Of a stretch of DNA of 64,000 bases, positions 15,487 to 26,468 are shown one piece after another; within the stretch, counting starts at the first letter, position 1, and each line of letters starts with the position of its first letter. The notes below the pieces were generated by a model. It was not told the origin of the DNA. It saw nothing but the letters and a program-made list of their open reading frames with translations, and ran no database searches. The position numbers and the translations under genes are program-made. Source of the stretch: an uncultured delta proteobacterium (GTDB lineage Bacteria > Desulfobacterota > GWC2-55-46); assembly GCA_963727865.1 (NCBI GenBank), contig CAVSHY010000024.1, positions 108,844-172,843 on the forward strand, in the 5' to 3' direction.

Positions 15487-18400
15487 ATGCAGCATTCAAA
15501 TTTCGTGCATCTGCACCTCCATACCCAATACAGCCTCCTTGACGGAGCCATAAGGCCGGAGGCCCTGATCGACCTGGCCCGTGACTTCAAGATGCCGGCC
15601 GTCGCGATGACGGACCACGGGAACCTTTTCGGGGCGGTCGAGTTCTACCAGAAGGCCATGGCAAAAGGGATAAAGCCTATTATCGGGTGCGAGACATACG
15701 TGGCGCCAGGTAAAATGACCGACAAGAGCACCCCTTCAAGAGGTGAAGTCGCCTTCCATCTTGTGCTGCTGGTTAAAAACTTCAAGGGTTACCAGAATCT
15801 GTGCAACCTCCTTTCCAGGGCGTACATCGAGGGCTTCTATTACAGGCCCAGGGTGGATAAGGAACTCCTCAGGGAATTTAACGAAGGGCTTATAGCCTTG
15901 AGCGCCTGCCTTCACGGGGAGGTGTCGTATAACATAAGCACGGGGCGGATGGATCAGGCCATGAAGGCCGCCGCCGAATATAAGGAGATTTTTTCCAACA
16001 GGCGCTTTTATCTGGAGCTGCAGCATAACGGGATCGAAGAGCAAGAAAAAGTAAACTCATCACTCCTTGAAATAAGCCGTAAGCTCGATATACCGGTCGT
16101 GGCGACCAATGACTGCCATTACCTTAAGAGAAAAGACGCCAGGGTCCACGACGTTCTCCTCTGCATCCAGACCGGGACCACCGTAAATTCAACAAACAGG
16201 CTCAAGTTCGCGACCGACGAATTCTACGTAAAATCCCCCCAGGAGATGATCGAATCGTTCAAGGACATACCGGAAGCCGTTACGAATACCATAGAAATAG
16301 CCGAAAGGTGCAATTTCGAGATGAAGCTCGGAGAGCACCATCTCCCCGATTTTCCGGTCCCGGCCGGCGAGACGCTCGACAGTCTCATTGAGTCGAAGGC
16401 AAAGGCAGGGCTTGAAAGAAGGCTTCACGCGCTTCATGCCTCGGGAAGCGACGTCGAACCCCTCAGGTGGCAGTATTACGAAAGGCTGCAGAAAGAGCTT
16501 AACGTTATAAAGAAAATGGGCTTTTCCGGGTATTTTCTCATAGTCGCCGATTTTATCGAGTACGCCAGGGGCAGAGACATCCCAGTGGGCCCCGGAAGGG
16601 GCTCAGCCGCCGGGAGCCTGGTCGCGTACTCCCTGCGGATCACGAACCTGGACCCCATAAAATATAACCTCCTCTTTGAGAGGTTCTTGAACCCGGACCG
16701 GATCAGCCTCCCTGATATAGACATCGACTTCTGCTTTGAAAAAAGGGATGAGGTTATAAGATACGTTACGGAGAAGTACGGCTCCGATAACGTAACCCAG
16801 ATAATAACATTCGGGCAGATGAAGGCAAAGGCATGCATACGCGACGTCGGCAGGGCGCTCGATATGCCTTACGGGGATGTGGACAGGATCGCAAAGCTTG
16901 TCCCGAACCAGATTAATATTACGATCGAAGAGGCCCTGGAACAGGAACCGAGGCTCCTTAAACTGACCAAGGAAGACCCCAGGGTAAAGGAACTCATAGA
17001 CGTCGCCATAGCCCTTGAAGGACTCCCGAGGCACGCCTCCACGCACGCGGCGGGCGTGGTCATCTCCAACAGGCCTCTTCCAGAGTATCTTCCCCTCTAC
17101 AAGGGGCAGAAGGAAAATATCATTACGACCCAGTATCCGATGAAAGACGTTGAGAAGATCGGACTCGTAAAATTCGACTTCCTCGGCCTTAAGACCTTAA
17201 CCGTTATAGATAAGACCGTAAAGCTTGTAAGGAGCAAAAGGGGCGCCGAGATAGATATAGATAATCTTTCCCTTGACGACGCGGCTACTTTCAATCTTGT
17301 CGCAACAGGCAATACAAACGGCATATTCCAGCTTGAAAGCTCGGGGTTGAAAGACCTTTTAAGGAAGCTTAAACCGGAGACGTTCGAGGAAATGATAGCC
17401 GCCGTGGCCCTCTACAGGCCCGGCCCGCTCCAGAGCGGGATGGTCGACGATTTCATAAACCGGAAACACAAGAGAGTGCCGATACAGTACGAAGTGGACC
17501 AGCTTAAGGAGATACTGGAGAACACTTACGGCGTTATGGTATACCAGGAACAGGTAATGGAGATAGCCAAGGTTCTGGCCGGCTTCACCCCCGGGGACGC
17601 GGATATGCTCAGGAAGGCGATGGGCAAAAAGCTCCCGGAAGAGATGCTGGTGCAGAGGGCAAAGTTCCTCGACGGCGCCAAAAAGAAAAACATCCCTCCT
17701 AAAAAGGCCGAGAGGATTTTTGAACTCATGGCCAAGTTCGCGGGTTACGGGTTTAATAAGAGCCACAGCGCCGCGTACGCGTTGATAGCTTACCAGACGG
17801 CGTATCTCAAGGCCCATTATCCGGTAGAATTCATGGCCGCTCTCTTCGGTTCCGACATGGGGAATACCGACCAGGTGGTAAAGTACATTAATGAATGCAA
17901 GGATACGGGTATAGCCGTGGACCCGCCGAGCCTTAATGAAAGCTCGATGGAGTTCACGGTCTCAGGCGACAGGATAAGGTTTGGGCTGGCGGCCATAAAA
18001 AACGTCGGCTCCGCTGCGATAGAAGAGATTTTATCTGTAAGAAATGAGGCGCCTTTTACGTCCCTCCTCGATTTTTTAAGCAGGGTCGATTCAAGGAAGG
18101 TCAACAAAAAAGTCGTGGAAAGCCTCATAAAGTCCGGGGCATTCGATTTTTCAGGGAAGGGCAGGGCTGAACTCCTGAGTTCCCTTGACGTAGCCATGGA
18201 CACCGCCCAGGGGGTACAGAGGGACAGGAGTATCGGACAGTCGTCCCTGTTCGTTTCTTCCGAGATTGCCGCGGGGGCGCCGTTAAAGATGGGCGGACCT
18301 GTTACCGTGCCGCAGTTGAGCGACAAGGAACTTTTAACGTTTGAGAAGGAGACTCTCGGTTTTTATTTTTCTTCCCATCCCCTCGCGCCTTACAAAAAAG

Positions 18401-19005
18401 AACTCGAGATGTACACGACGGGCCCTATCGAGTCTCTCGGCGATAAGGCGGATAAGAGCGAAGTCGCCGTAGGCGGCGTTATAACCGAACTCAAGGAGAT
18501 AACCACCAAAAAAGGCGACCGCATGGCTTTTATACGGGTGGAAGACCTGACGGGTTCCGTCGAGGTCGTCATCTTCTCGGACCTTTATAAGGAGAGGAGA
18601 GACGAAATATCCTCGGACAAGGCCCTGATTATAACCGGAAGGCTTGATAAGGAAGAAGACGAGATAAAGCTCGTGGCGACCGACCTCGCTCCCATCGAAG
18701 AAGCGGGGAAACTGAAGAAGATAAGGGCAAGGGAGACGCATATCTTAATCCCGTTTCAGGAACTGGACTCAACGAAGCTCGGGGAGTTAAAAGACATACT
18801 TAAGACCAGCCCCGGGGCTTCGCAGGTATTTCTCCACCTTCTTTACCCGGACGACGGGGAGGTCGTCATCGGCGTCAGCGAAGGACTCAAGGTAAGCCCG
18901 TCGGAAGAGCTTCTTTGTAAAATAAAAGGTATCGCCGGCGGGGCATTGATAAAGCCGCAGCAAGGCCGCGGCGGAAAGAACAGAATGAAGCAGGGGGAGC
19001 CTTGA
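15487..19005 (+). CDS. dnaE: DNA polymerase III alpha subunit
   Basis: 1172 aa with a PHP domain (HLHLHTQYSLLDG), the pol III alpha core and a C-terminal OB fold. Confidence 0.95.
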   Translation: MQHSNFVHLHLHTQYSLLDGAIRPEALIDLARDFKMPAVAMTDHGNLFGAVEFYQKAMAKGIKPIIGCETYVAPGKMTDKSTPSRGEVAFHLVLLVKNFKGYQNLCNLLSRAYIEGFYYRPRVDKELLREFNEGLIALSACLHGEVSYNISTGRMDQAMKAAAEYKEIFSNRRFYLELQHNGIEEQEKVNSSLLEISRKLDIPVVATNDCHYLKRKDARVHDVLLCIQTGTTVNSTNRLKFATDEFYVKSPQEMIESFKDIPEAVTNTIEIAERCNFEMKLGEHHLPDFPVPAGETLDSLIESKAKAGLERRLHALHASGSDVEPLRWQYYERLQKELNVIKKMGFSGYFLIVADFIEYARGRDIPVGPGRGSAAGSLVAYSLRITNLDPIKYNLLFERFLNPDRISLPDIDIDFCFEKRDEVIRYVTEKYGSDNVTQIITFGQMKAKACIRDVGRALDMPYGDVDRIAKLVPNQINITIEEALEQEPRLLKLTKEDPRVKELIDVAIALEGLPRHASTHAAGVVISNRPLPEYLPLYKGQKENIITTQYPMKDVEKIGLVKFDFLGLKTLTVIDKTVKLVRSKRGAEIDIDNLSLDDAATFNLVATGNTNGIFQLESSGLKDLLRKLKPETFEEMIAAVALYRPGPLQSGMVDDFINRKHKRVPIQYEVDQLKEILENTYGVMVYQEQVMEIAKVLAGFTPGDADMLRKAMGKKLPEEMLVQRAKFLDGAKKKNIPPKKAERIFELMAKFAGYGFNKSHSAAYALIAYQTAYLKAHYPVEFMAALFGSDMGNTDQVVKYINECKDTGIAVDPPSLNESSMEFTVSGDRIRFGLAAIKNVGSAAIEEILSVRNEAPFTSLLDFLSRVDSRKVNKKVVESLIKSGAFDFSGKGRAELLSSLDVAMDTAQGVQRDRSIGQSSLFVSSEIAAGAPLKMGGPVTVPQLSDKELLTFEKETLGFYFSSHPLAPYKKELEMYTTGPIESLGDKADKSEVAVGGVITELKEITTKKGDRMAFIRVEDLTGSVEVVIFSDLYKERRDEISSDKALIITGRLDKEEDEIKLVATDLAPIEEAGKLKKIRARETHILIPFQELDSTKLGELKDILKTSPGASQVFLHLLYPDDGEVVIGVSEGLKVSPSEELLCKIKGIAGGALIKPQQGRGGKNRMKQGEP

Positions 19006-19977
19006 ATGGTTTTCAGACACTGGCTTGAATTCGAAAAACCGGTAGAAGAAATAGAAAAAAGGATTGAGGAGCTCAAGGCCTATAAGACCGATTCGTCCTT
19101 CGGGTCAACCGAAGAGATAGACCGGCTTGAGAAGAAGGCCAGGAATATTCTTAAGGAAATCTATTCCAGGCTTTCTCCCGCTCAGGTGCCGATGGTCGCG
19201 AGGCACCCGGACAGGCCTTATACGCTCGATTACATACATAATATTTTCGAGGACTTCATAGAACTCCACGGGGACAGACGGTTCAAGGACGATCCCGCTA
19301 TCGTCGGAGGGCTGGCCAGGTTTGAAGGCAAGCCGGTAGTAATAGTAGGGAACCAGAAAGGCAGAAGCACGAAGGAAAAGGTCTACAGGAACTTCGGCAT
19401 GCCTCATCCCGACGGGTACAGAAAGGCCCTGCGTCTTATGGAACTCGCCGAGCGTTTTAAATTGCCGGTGTTTACGTTTATTGACACCCCCGGCGCGTAT
19501 CCCGGGGTCGAGGCTGAGGAACGCGGGCAGTCGGAGGCGATAGCCACGAACCTCATGAGGATGTCTACCCTGAAGTCCCCTATAATAAGCACCGTGATAG
19601 GAGAAGGCGGGAGCGGCGGGGCCCTTGCCATAGGGGTCGCCGACAGGCTTCTCATGCTCGAATTCTCGACCTATTCCGTCATATCCCCCGAAGGCTGCGC
19701 CGCGATACTCTGGAAGGACGGCAGCAAGGCGGACCTTGCCGCAAAAGCCCTTAAGATAGATTCCGCGGAGCTATCCAAGCTCGGCGTAATCGACAGGATA
19801 ATAAAAGAACCGATAGGAGGGATTCACAGGGACCCTCAGGCGGCATATAAAAACCTCAAAACAGCCTTAATCTCCGTTCTGAAAGAGCTTAAATCCCAAT
19901 CGATCGAAAGCCTTGTTGAAAGCCGGTATAAGAAGTACCGTAACATAGGCGCGTTTATAGAGGACAAAAGGTTTTAG
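19006..19977 (+). CDS. accA: acetyl-CoA carboxylase carboxyltransferase alpha subunit
   Basis: 323 aa. WLEFEKP...ARHPDRPYTLDY...FIDTPGAYPG..AEERGQSEAIA fits AccA. Its start abuts the dnaE stop (TGAATG). Confidence 0.95.
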   Translation: MVFRHWLEFEKPVEEIEKRIEELKAYKTDSSFGSTEEIDRLEKKARNILKEIYSRLSPAQVPMVARHPDRPYTLDYIHNIFEDFIELHGDRRFKDDPAIVGGLARFEGKPVVIVGNQKGRSTKEKVYRNFGMPHPDGYRKALRLMELAERFKLPVFTFIDTPGAYPGVEAEERGQSEAIATNLMRMSTLKSPIISTVIGEGGSGGALAIGVADRLLMLEFSTYSVISPEGCAAILWKDGSKADLAAKALKIDSAELSKLGVIDRIIKEPIGGIHRDPQAAYKNLKTALISVLKELKSQSIESLVESRYKKYRNIGAFIEDKRF

Positions 19978-20091
19978 CTGTTGCCTGACCGGGGGGCTGC
20001 CTTGCAGAGGTAAACGGCTAAATACCAGTTGATTTTTATCCTGGAATAAATTAAGCTATCATATTAATATTTAAAAAGAAATTTTACCATC

Positions 20092-21171
20092 ATGAAAAAA
20101 AGACCCGCATCTATCGAAGGGCTCAGGAGCCGCATTGACACGGTCGACTTAAAGATCCTGAACCTACTTAACGCAAGGGCCAGGCTTGTCATCGGTATAG
20201 GAAAGGCCAAGTCGAAGGAGAACAGGGAGTTCTACGCGCCAGAGAGGGAAAGGGAGATATTCAGGCAGCTTACCGGGAAAAATAGAGGGCCTTTCCCGAA
20301 CCATGCGTTAAAGAACGTATTCAAGGAAATTATGAGCGCGTCGCTATCGCTGGAGAAGCCTATAAAGATCGCTTTTCTGGGACCAGCGGCGACTTTTACT
20401 CACCAGGCATGCATGCGGTATTTCGGGCGTTCAGGCGAGTTTGTGCCGAAAAAAGATATCGCCGACGTCTTTGACGATGTGGAAAAGGGCAGGGTTGATT
20501 TCGGGGTCGTGCCTATTGAGAACACAACAGAGGGCGTTGTAAGCCACACCCTTGACATGTTCGTCTCCTCTCAGCTCAAGATATGCGCCGAGGTGATGTT
20601 CGAGGTCTCTCTCGCGCTCATTAACAAGACCGGCAGGACGTCGGACATAGTAAAGGTATGCTCGCATCCGAACCCCCTGGCCCAGTGCAGGACATGGTTA
20701 AAGAACAATCTGCCCAATACCCTTGTCTTTGACGTTTCATCGACGGCCCTGGCGGCCCAGATGGCCTCAGAGGACAGGGGTGTAGCCGCGATAGCGAGCG
20801 TGGCCGCCGCTGATATCTATGATCTGCGCGTCATTGAGAAAAACATAGAGGACAACGCCAATAACTTCACAAGATTTCTGGTCATATGCAAAAAGGACGG
20901 CAAAAAAACAGGGGCTGATAAGACCTCCATCATGTTCGCGATAAAGGACGCCCCCGGGGCTTTATATTCGATGCTTAAACCTTTCGCCAGAAGAAATATC
21001 AACCTTACCAAGATAGAGTCCAGGCCCCTCAAGACAAAGGCGTGGGAATACGTTTTTTTCGTTGACCTTGACGGACATATATCGGATAGAAAGGTCAGGG
21101 AGTCTATCTCGGAACTCGAGGAGCTCTGTTCATTTCTGAAGGTTCTTGGCTCGTATCCGAAATCCCGGTAA
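20092..21171 (+). CDS. pheA: bifunctional chorismate mutase / prephenate dehydratase (P-protein)
   Basis: 359 aa. An N-terminal CM_2 domain is followed by a PDT domain (VPIENTTEGVV) and a C-terminal ACT domain. Confidence 0.9.
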   Translation: MKKRPASIEGLRSRIDTVDLKILNLLNARARLVIGIGKAKSKENREFYAPEREREIFRQLTGKNRGPFPNHALKNVFKEIMSASLSLEKPIKIAFLGPAATFTHQACMRYFGRSGEFVPKKDIADVFDDVEKGRVDFGVVPIENTTEGVVSHTLDMFVSSQLKICAEVMFEVSLALINKTGRTSDIVKVCSHPNPLAQCRTWLKNNLPNTLVFDVSSTALAAQMASEDRGVAAIASVAAADIYDLRVIEKNIEDNANNFTRFLVICKKDGKKTGADKTSIMFAIKDAPGALYSMLKPFARRNINLTKIESRPLKTKAWEYVFFVDLDGHISDRKVRESISELEELCSFLKVLGSYPKSR

Positions 21172-21200
21172 GGTTCAAACAAAACCCAAAAGGCTGACAA

Positions 21201-22313
21201 ATGATCGCCATGGATAAGGTCTTGAAGCTGTCCGTTCCGAAAAATATAAGCTCTCTCATCCCGTATCCGCCGGGCAAACCCATCGAGGAACTCGAAAGGG
21301 AACTCGGGATAACCGGGTCGATAAAGCTCGCGAGTAATGAAAACCCGCTGGGGCCGTCGAAAAAGGCGGTCGACGCGGTCGCAAGGGCGCTCTGGAACCT
21401 CCACAGGTATCCGGACGGGAGCTGTTACTACCTCAAGGAAAAGCTCTCAGGCGTCCTCGGGATATCGCCCGAGGCGCTCATCTTCGGCAATGGTTCTAAC
21501 GAGATAATCGAACTCCTCGCGCGGACTTTTTTAAAGAGGGGCGAAGAGGCCGTAATGGCGGTCCCGTCTTTCGCGGTCTATCCGATCGTCGTTAAATCCG
21601 TTGGCGGCAAGGCCGTCGAGGTCCCCCTTAAGGATCTGCGCCATGACCTTGAAGCCATGGCTGAACGCATCAATAAAAAAACAAGGATTGTTTTCATAGC
21701 GAACCCGAATAACCCCACCGGGACTGTCGTCGGGAGAGCCGAGTTCGACAGGTTTATGAAGAAAGTCCCAGAAGGGGTAATAGTCTGCGTCGATGAGGCG
21801 TACCATGAATTCGTCCAGAGCCGGGACTTCCCTGACACGGTCGCGTACATAAGGGAAGGGAACCCTCTCATCCTTTTAAGGACGTTTTCCAAGATTTACG
21901 GGCTTGCGGGCCTCAGGGTAGGTTACGGCATGGCGAACCCAATGATGATAGATTACATGAACAGGGTACGTCAACCCTTTAACGTGAATTCCCTCGCCCA
22001 GATAGCCGCTATAGCCGCGCTTGAAGACACTGAGCATCTCAGGATGACAAGAGAGAACAACACGATCGGGCTAAAGTACCTCTTCAGGGAGTTGAATGCC
22101 CTCGGGTTTGAATGCGTGCCCACCGAGGCGAATTTTTTCCTTATAAAATTAAAGCCCGGGGACGGAAAAAGGGTCTACAACGAGCTTCTTAAAAAGGGCG
22201 TTATCGTGAGATCCATGGCGAGCTACGGGATGCCTGATTATATCCGCGTGACGGTGGGGCTCCCGGAAGAGAATAAGAGGTTTATGGAAGCCTTTAAAAA
22301 GTTGGTTCGCTGA
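21201..22313 (+). CDS. hisC: histidinol-phosphate / aromatic aminotransferase (class II)
   Basis: 370 aa. LASNENPLGPS, NPNNPTG and TFSKIYGLAGLRVGY (PLP lysine) are present. Confidence 0.85.
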   Translation: MIAMDKVLKLSVPKNISSLIPYPPGKPIEELERELGITGSIKLASNENPLGPSKKAVDAVARALWNLHRYPDGSCYYLKEKLSGVLGISPEALIFGNGSNEIIELLARTFLKRGEEAVMAVPSFAVYPIVVKSVGGKAVEVPLKDLRHDLEAMAERINKKTRIVFIANPNNPTGTVVGRAEFDRFMKKVPEGVIVCVDEAYHEFVQSRDFPDTVAYIREGNPLILLRTFSKIYGLAGLRVGYGMANPMMIDYMNRVRQPFNVNSLAQIAAIAALEDTEHLRMTRENNTIGLKYLFRELNALGFECVPTEANFFLIKLKPGDGKRVYNELLKKGVIVRSMASYGMPDYIRVTVGLPEENKRFMEAFKKLVR

Positions 22314-22373
22314 GGCATAAGGGCCTTTTGGCCGCGGCCACATTATTGAGCACAATATAACCGGAGGGGTTTT

Positions 22374-23387
22374 ATGATAATCGTATTAAGAAAGGACGCC
22401 ACCCAGGAAATAATAGACCATGTGGTGGAAAAGATAAAAAGCACGGGGCTTGCCGTACATATCTCCAAGGGCAAGGAGAGGACTATCATAGGCGCCATAG
22501 GAGATGAGACGCTCCTCTCTTCCATACAGCTTGACGCTCTTCCAGGGGTTGAGAATGTCATGGCTATATTGAAGCCGTACAAGCTTGTAAGCAGGGAGTT
22601 CAGAAAAGAGGGGACCGTGATAGATTTGAGCGGTATAAGGATCGGGGATACCGTTGTGACGGTAATAGCCGGACCCTGCAGCGTTGAGAACAGGGACTCT
22701 CTTGTGGATTGCGCGAAAAAGGTCAAGGAATCGGGAGCGAAGATACTTCGTGGAGGGGCCTTTAAGCCCAGAACCTCCCCTTACGACTTCCAGGGCCTCG
22801 GGTTTGAGGGGCTTAAGTTACTCGCCGAGGCCAGAAAAGTGACGGGATTGCCCATTATAAGCGAACTCATGGACCCCAGGGATACGGAGATCTTCTGCGA
22901 TTATGTCGACATAATACAGATAGGGGCCAGGAATATGCAGAACTTCAGGCTTCTTACCGAAGTGGGAAAGATTAAAAAGCCCGTGCTTCTTAAAAGGGGA
23001 CTATCGGCTACCATCAAGGAATTCCTCATGTCAGCCGAATACATAGCGGCTCAGGGTAACACGCAGATAATCCTCTGCGAGCGCGGGATAAGGACTTTTG
23101 AGACGTATACGCGTAACACCCTGGACCTGAGCGCGGTCCCCGTTTTAAAGGAAGAAACCCATCTGCCTGTTTTTGTAGACCCGAGCCATGCCGTAGGCAG
23201 GTGGGCCCTCGTGGCTCCGCTCGCTAAGGCGGCTGTCGCCGTAGGCGCCGACGGGCTCATGATAGAAGTTCATCCAGACCCGGAGAACGCCCTTTGCGAC
23301 GGCGCGCAGTCGCTTAAACCCAGCAAGTTCGCCAGCCTTATGGTAGAGGTAAAGAGAGTAGCCGAATCCATCGGCAGGGGGATATAA
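22374..23387 (+). CDS. aroF: 3-deoxy-7-phosphoheptulonate (DAHP) synthase, type I-beta with an N-terminal ferredoxin-like regulatory domain
   Basis: 337 aa. The KDSA/DAHPS-like core shows [17 protein letters not shown] and DPSH. Confidence 0.85.
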   Translation: MIIVLRKDATQEIIDHVVEKIKSTGLAVHISKGKERTIIGAIGDETLLSSIQLDALPGVENVMAILKPYKLVSREFRKEGTVIDLSGIRIGDTVVTVIAGPCSVENRDSLVDCAKKVKESGAKILRGGAFKPRTSPYDFQGLGFEGLKLLAEARKVTGLPIISELMDPRDTEIFCDYVDIIQIGARNMQNFRLLTEVGKIKKPVLLKRGLSATIKEFLMSAEYIAAQGNTQIILCERGIRTFETYTRNTLDLSAVPVLKEETHLPVFVDPSHAVGRWALVAPLAKAAVAVGADGLMIEVHPDPENALCDGAQSLKPSKFASLMVEVKRVAESIGRGI

Positions 23388-23488
23388 GGACCGGGGATCC
23401 ACGGGACCGGCGGCTGCACCCCCCTGTACGCTTCCGGCTCGCCAAACCCGCGGTTTTTTTAATCTCAAACGCCATTATGATAATTTAA

Positions 23489-23514
23489 CAGGCATGTTAT
23501 TTAACGCATGCCTG
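23489..23514 (+). promoter_or_regulatory. 8-bp hairpin (CAGGCATG-N10-CATGCCTG) between the DAHP synthase gene and tyrA
   Basis: The inverted repeat was read directly. Function unknown. Confidence 0.25.
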
Positions 23515-23550
23515 ATATTTGATTATTAAAAGAGACGGCAACTATAAAGA

Positions 23551-24438
23551 ATGACAATCCATTTCAATAAGGTAGCTATTATCGGCGTCGGGCTTATCGG
23601 CGGATCCCTTGCCATGGTCTTGAGGCAAAAGGGGATGGCGGATCATATAGCCGGGATAGGCAGGGGGATGCCTAACCTTAACGCGGCAAAGAGGCTCGGG
23701 GTGGTTGATTCCATTACCCTGGATATAGGCGCTGGCGTGAAAGACGCCGACCTTGTCGTGGTGGCTGTTCCGGTGCTCAAGACAGGAGAGACCCTGCGAA
23801 AGGCAGCTCCATATCTTAAAAAGGGTTCCATTGTGACGGACGTGGGAAGCGTAAAGCAGGCTGTAATCGATGAAGCGCAACGCGTCCTTCCCGATGGAGT
23901 AAGTTTTGTCCCGGGCCATCCTATAGCCGGAACCGAAAATTCCGGGGTTGAGGCGGCGTTCCACGGACTTTTTATTGACCGTACATGCATCCTGACCCCC
24001 GTTGAACATACTGACCAAAAGGCGGTAGAGACAATAAGAACAATGTGGGAGGAGGCCGGGTCAAAGGTAATAATAATGGACGCCTTTCTTCATGACAGAG
24101 TCCTTGCCGCTATAAGCCACCTGCCCCATATGATAGCCTATACCCTCGTAAATACGGTCGCTGATATCAGGGAAAGCGAGCCTGAAATATTAAACTATTC
24201 AGCCGGGGGTTTCAGGGATTTTACCCGCATAGCCTCGAGCTCGCCGGAGATGTGGAGCGATATATGCGCCATGAACAGAGACGCGATCATGGAGATGATA
24301 TCGGATTTTCAAAAGAGGCTTGAGGAGCTTAAAAAGAAGGTGGAAAACCGGGATTTAAAAGGTCTTAGAGATGATTTTGAAAGGGCAAAAAAGTTAAGGG
24401 ATTCCATTGTAGATAAATCACGGGGCGCTTCACAATAG
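23551..24438 (+). CDS. tyrA: prephenate/arogenate dehydrogenase
   Basis: 295 aa with an NAD fold (IIGVGLIGGS), ..VTDVGSVK.. and GHPIAGTE. Confidence 0.85.
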   Translation: MTIHFNKVAIIGVGLIGGSLAMVLRQKGMADHIAGIGRGMPNLNAAKRLGVVDSITLDIGAGVKDADLVVVAVPVLKTGETLRKAAPYLKKGSIVTDVGSVKQAVIDEAQRVLPDGVSFVPGHPIAGTENSGVEAAFHGLFIDRTCILTPVEHTDQKAVETIRTMWEEAGSKVIIMDAFLHDRVLAAISHLPHMIAYTLVNTVADIRESEPEILNYSAGGFRDFTRIASSSPEMWSDICAMNRDAIMEMISDFQKRLEELKKKVENRDLKGLRDDFERAKKLRDSIVDKSRGASQ

Positions 24439-25773
24439 ATGGGTAAGAAAAAAAACATATACGGTCTTTCTGTTACGGCGGCGCCGTCGAAAGGCCTTAA
24501 AGGCGAGATAACGGTACCCGGAGATAAATCCATATCCCACCGGTCCGTAATCTTAGGCTCTATCGCTGCGGGCGTTACCGAGGTTAAAGGCTTTCTCGAA
24601 GGGGAAGACAACTTAAGCACCCTCGGGGCTTTCAAATTGATGGGGGTAAAGACAGAGCGCCCTGAAAAAGACAGGCTTGTGATTACCGGGAACGGACTCG
24701 ACGGGCTTAAAGAGCCCTCTGACGTAATCGACGCGGGGAATTCCGGCACAACGGCGCGGCTTTTAACAGGGCTTCTATCGGCTGCTCCGTTCTTTTCCGT
24801 CATAACAGGCGACAGTTCATTAAGGAAGCGGCCTATGAAGAGGGTCGTTGAGCCGCTTTCAAGGATGGGAGCCTCCATATCGGGCAGAGAGGACGGAAAC
24901 TATCTTCCTCTCGCCATAAGAGGACGCAGGCTTAAAGGCATAAGCTACAGGACCCCGGTTGCCAGCGCGCAGTTAAAATCAGCGTTCCTCCTCGCGGGCA
25001 TATACGCCGACGGCGAAACAATAATCGAAGAGCCTGAAAAGAGCAGGGACCATACGGAAAGGATGCTCAAGCTCTTCGGGGCCCTCGTAGATGTTCAAGA
25101 AAATACGGTCCGGGTCGGGTCGACAAAATCCCTAAAGGGGTGTAAAATTGTTGTGCCGGGGGATATCTCCTCAGCGGCCTTTTTCATGGTGGGGGCTATT
25201 ATAACTCCGGAATCGGAACTCATTATAAGGAACGTAGGGGTCAATCCCACAAGGACCGGCGTAATTAAGATATTAAAGGCAATGGGCGGGTCTATTGTCA
25301 TGGAGAACGAGCGTGAGATTTCGGGGGAACCTGTCGCCGATATCCTTGTAAGGAGTTCAAAGCTCCAGGGAATAGAGATAAGAGGAGTTGATCTTCTCCC
25401 GGCGATAGACGAGTTCCCGGTAATCTGTGTCGCGGCGGCTTTCGCGGAAGGAACGACTTCAATAAGCGGGGCGCGGGAACTCCGGGTCAAGGAAAGCGAC
25501 AGGATCGCGGTTATGGCGGAATCGCTCGGAGCGGTCGGCGTTAAGGCAAAAGAGAAGGATGACGGGATTATGATAGAAGGCCTGGGAAGCGGCCTTCTGG
25601 GAAAAGGCTCCATAAGAAGCCACGGAGACCACCGTATCGCCATGTCGATGGCGATAGCCGCGCTAAGGTCGGAGGACGGGGTGGGTATAGAGGGGGCGGA
25701 GTGCGTGGATGTATCGTTCCCCGGTTTTTTCGACATCCTTGACTCGGTGAGAGGGGCGCGGGTGAGGTCATGA
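24439..25773 (+). CDS. aroA: 3-phosphoshikimate 1-carboxyvinyltransferase (EPSP synthase)
   Basis: 444 aa. PGDKSISHR, GNSGTTARL, ...ELRVKESDR and HGDHRIAM are present. Confidence 0.95.
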   Translation: MGKKKNIYGLSVTAAPSKGLKGEITVPGDKSISHRSVILGSIAAGVTEVKGFLEGEDNLSTLGAFKLMGVKTERPEKDRLVITGNGLDGLKEPSDVIDAGNSGTTARLLTGLLSAAPFFSVITGDSSLRKRPMKRVVEPLSRMGASISGREDGNYLPLAIRGRRLKGISYRTPVASAQLKSAFLLAGIYADGETIIEEPEKSRDHTERMLKLFGALVDVQENTVRVGSTKSLKGCKIVVPGDISSAAFFMVGAIITPESELIIRNVGVNPTRTGVIKILKAMGGSIVMENEREISGEPVADILVRSSKLQGIEIRGVDLLPAIDEFPVICVAAAFAEGTTSISGARELRVKESDRIAVMAESLGAVGVKAKEKDDGIMIEGLGSGLLGKGSIRSHGDHRIAMSMAIAALRSEDGVGIEGAECVDVSFPGFFDILDSVRGARVRS

Positions 25774-26468
25774 TGAAGGGGAAAGTAGCTAAAGGCCCTA
25801 TTGTGGCGATAGACGGCCCGAGCGGCGTCGGCAAAACTACGATAAGCAGGGTCGTCGCGGAAAAGCTCGGGCTAAGGTATATAAATACCGGGGCCATGTA
25901 CCGCGCCATGGCGCTCGCCGCGGATGAGGCCGGGGTGGATATACATAGTGAAGATGCGCTTAAGGATTTTTGTTCAAACGCCAGGATTAACTTCGACTCT
26001 GCCACCGGTTGTATTTCGGTTAACGGCATGGATTATACCGGCCGTATCAGGAGTCAGAAGGCCGCGGCCCTTGCCTCGATAGTCTCGGCCAGGGAATCAG
26101 TCCGCGATTTCCTTGTTGCATATCAGAGGACTTTTGGAGGAAGCGGTTCTATTATCATGGAGGGCAGGGATATCGGAACCGTGGTATTCCCCGACGCGGA
26201 TATAAAATTTTTTCTCGACGCCTCTCATGACGCGAGGGCCAGGAGGAGACACCTTGAACTGGCCCCAAAGGAAAAAGCCGGCCATGAGGAAGTGAGTAAA
26301 GAGATCAAGGAGAGGGACAGGCGGGACAGAGAGCGGGACGCATCCCCTTTAAAGGCCGCGGAAGACGCCATACGCATTGATACCACGGAAATGGGTATCG
26401 ATGAAGTGGTTAAGAAGATCTTGGTCGAAATCGACGCGAGGTTGAAGATTGGAAATATTCGTAGCTAA
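25770..26468 (+). CDS. cmk: cytidylate kinase
   Basis: 232 aa. IAIDGPSGVGKTT, GAMYRA and EGRDIGTVVFPDA are present. The ATGA start overlaps the aroA stop. Confidence 0.9.
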   Translation: MMKGKVAKGPIVAIDGPSGVGKTTISRVVAEKLGLRYINTGAMYRAMALAADEAGVDIHSEDALKDFCSNARINFDSATGCISVNGMDYTGRIRSQKAAALASIVSARESVRDFLVAYQRTFGGSGSIIMEGRDIGTVVFPDADIKFFLDASHDARARRRHLELAPKEKAGHEEVSKEIKERDRRDRERDASPLKAAEDAIRIDTTEMGIDEVVKKILVEIDARLKIGNIRS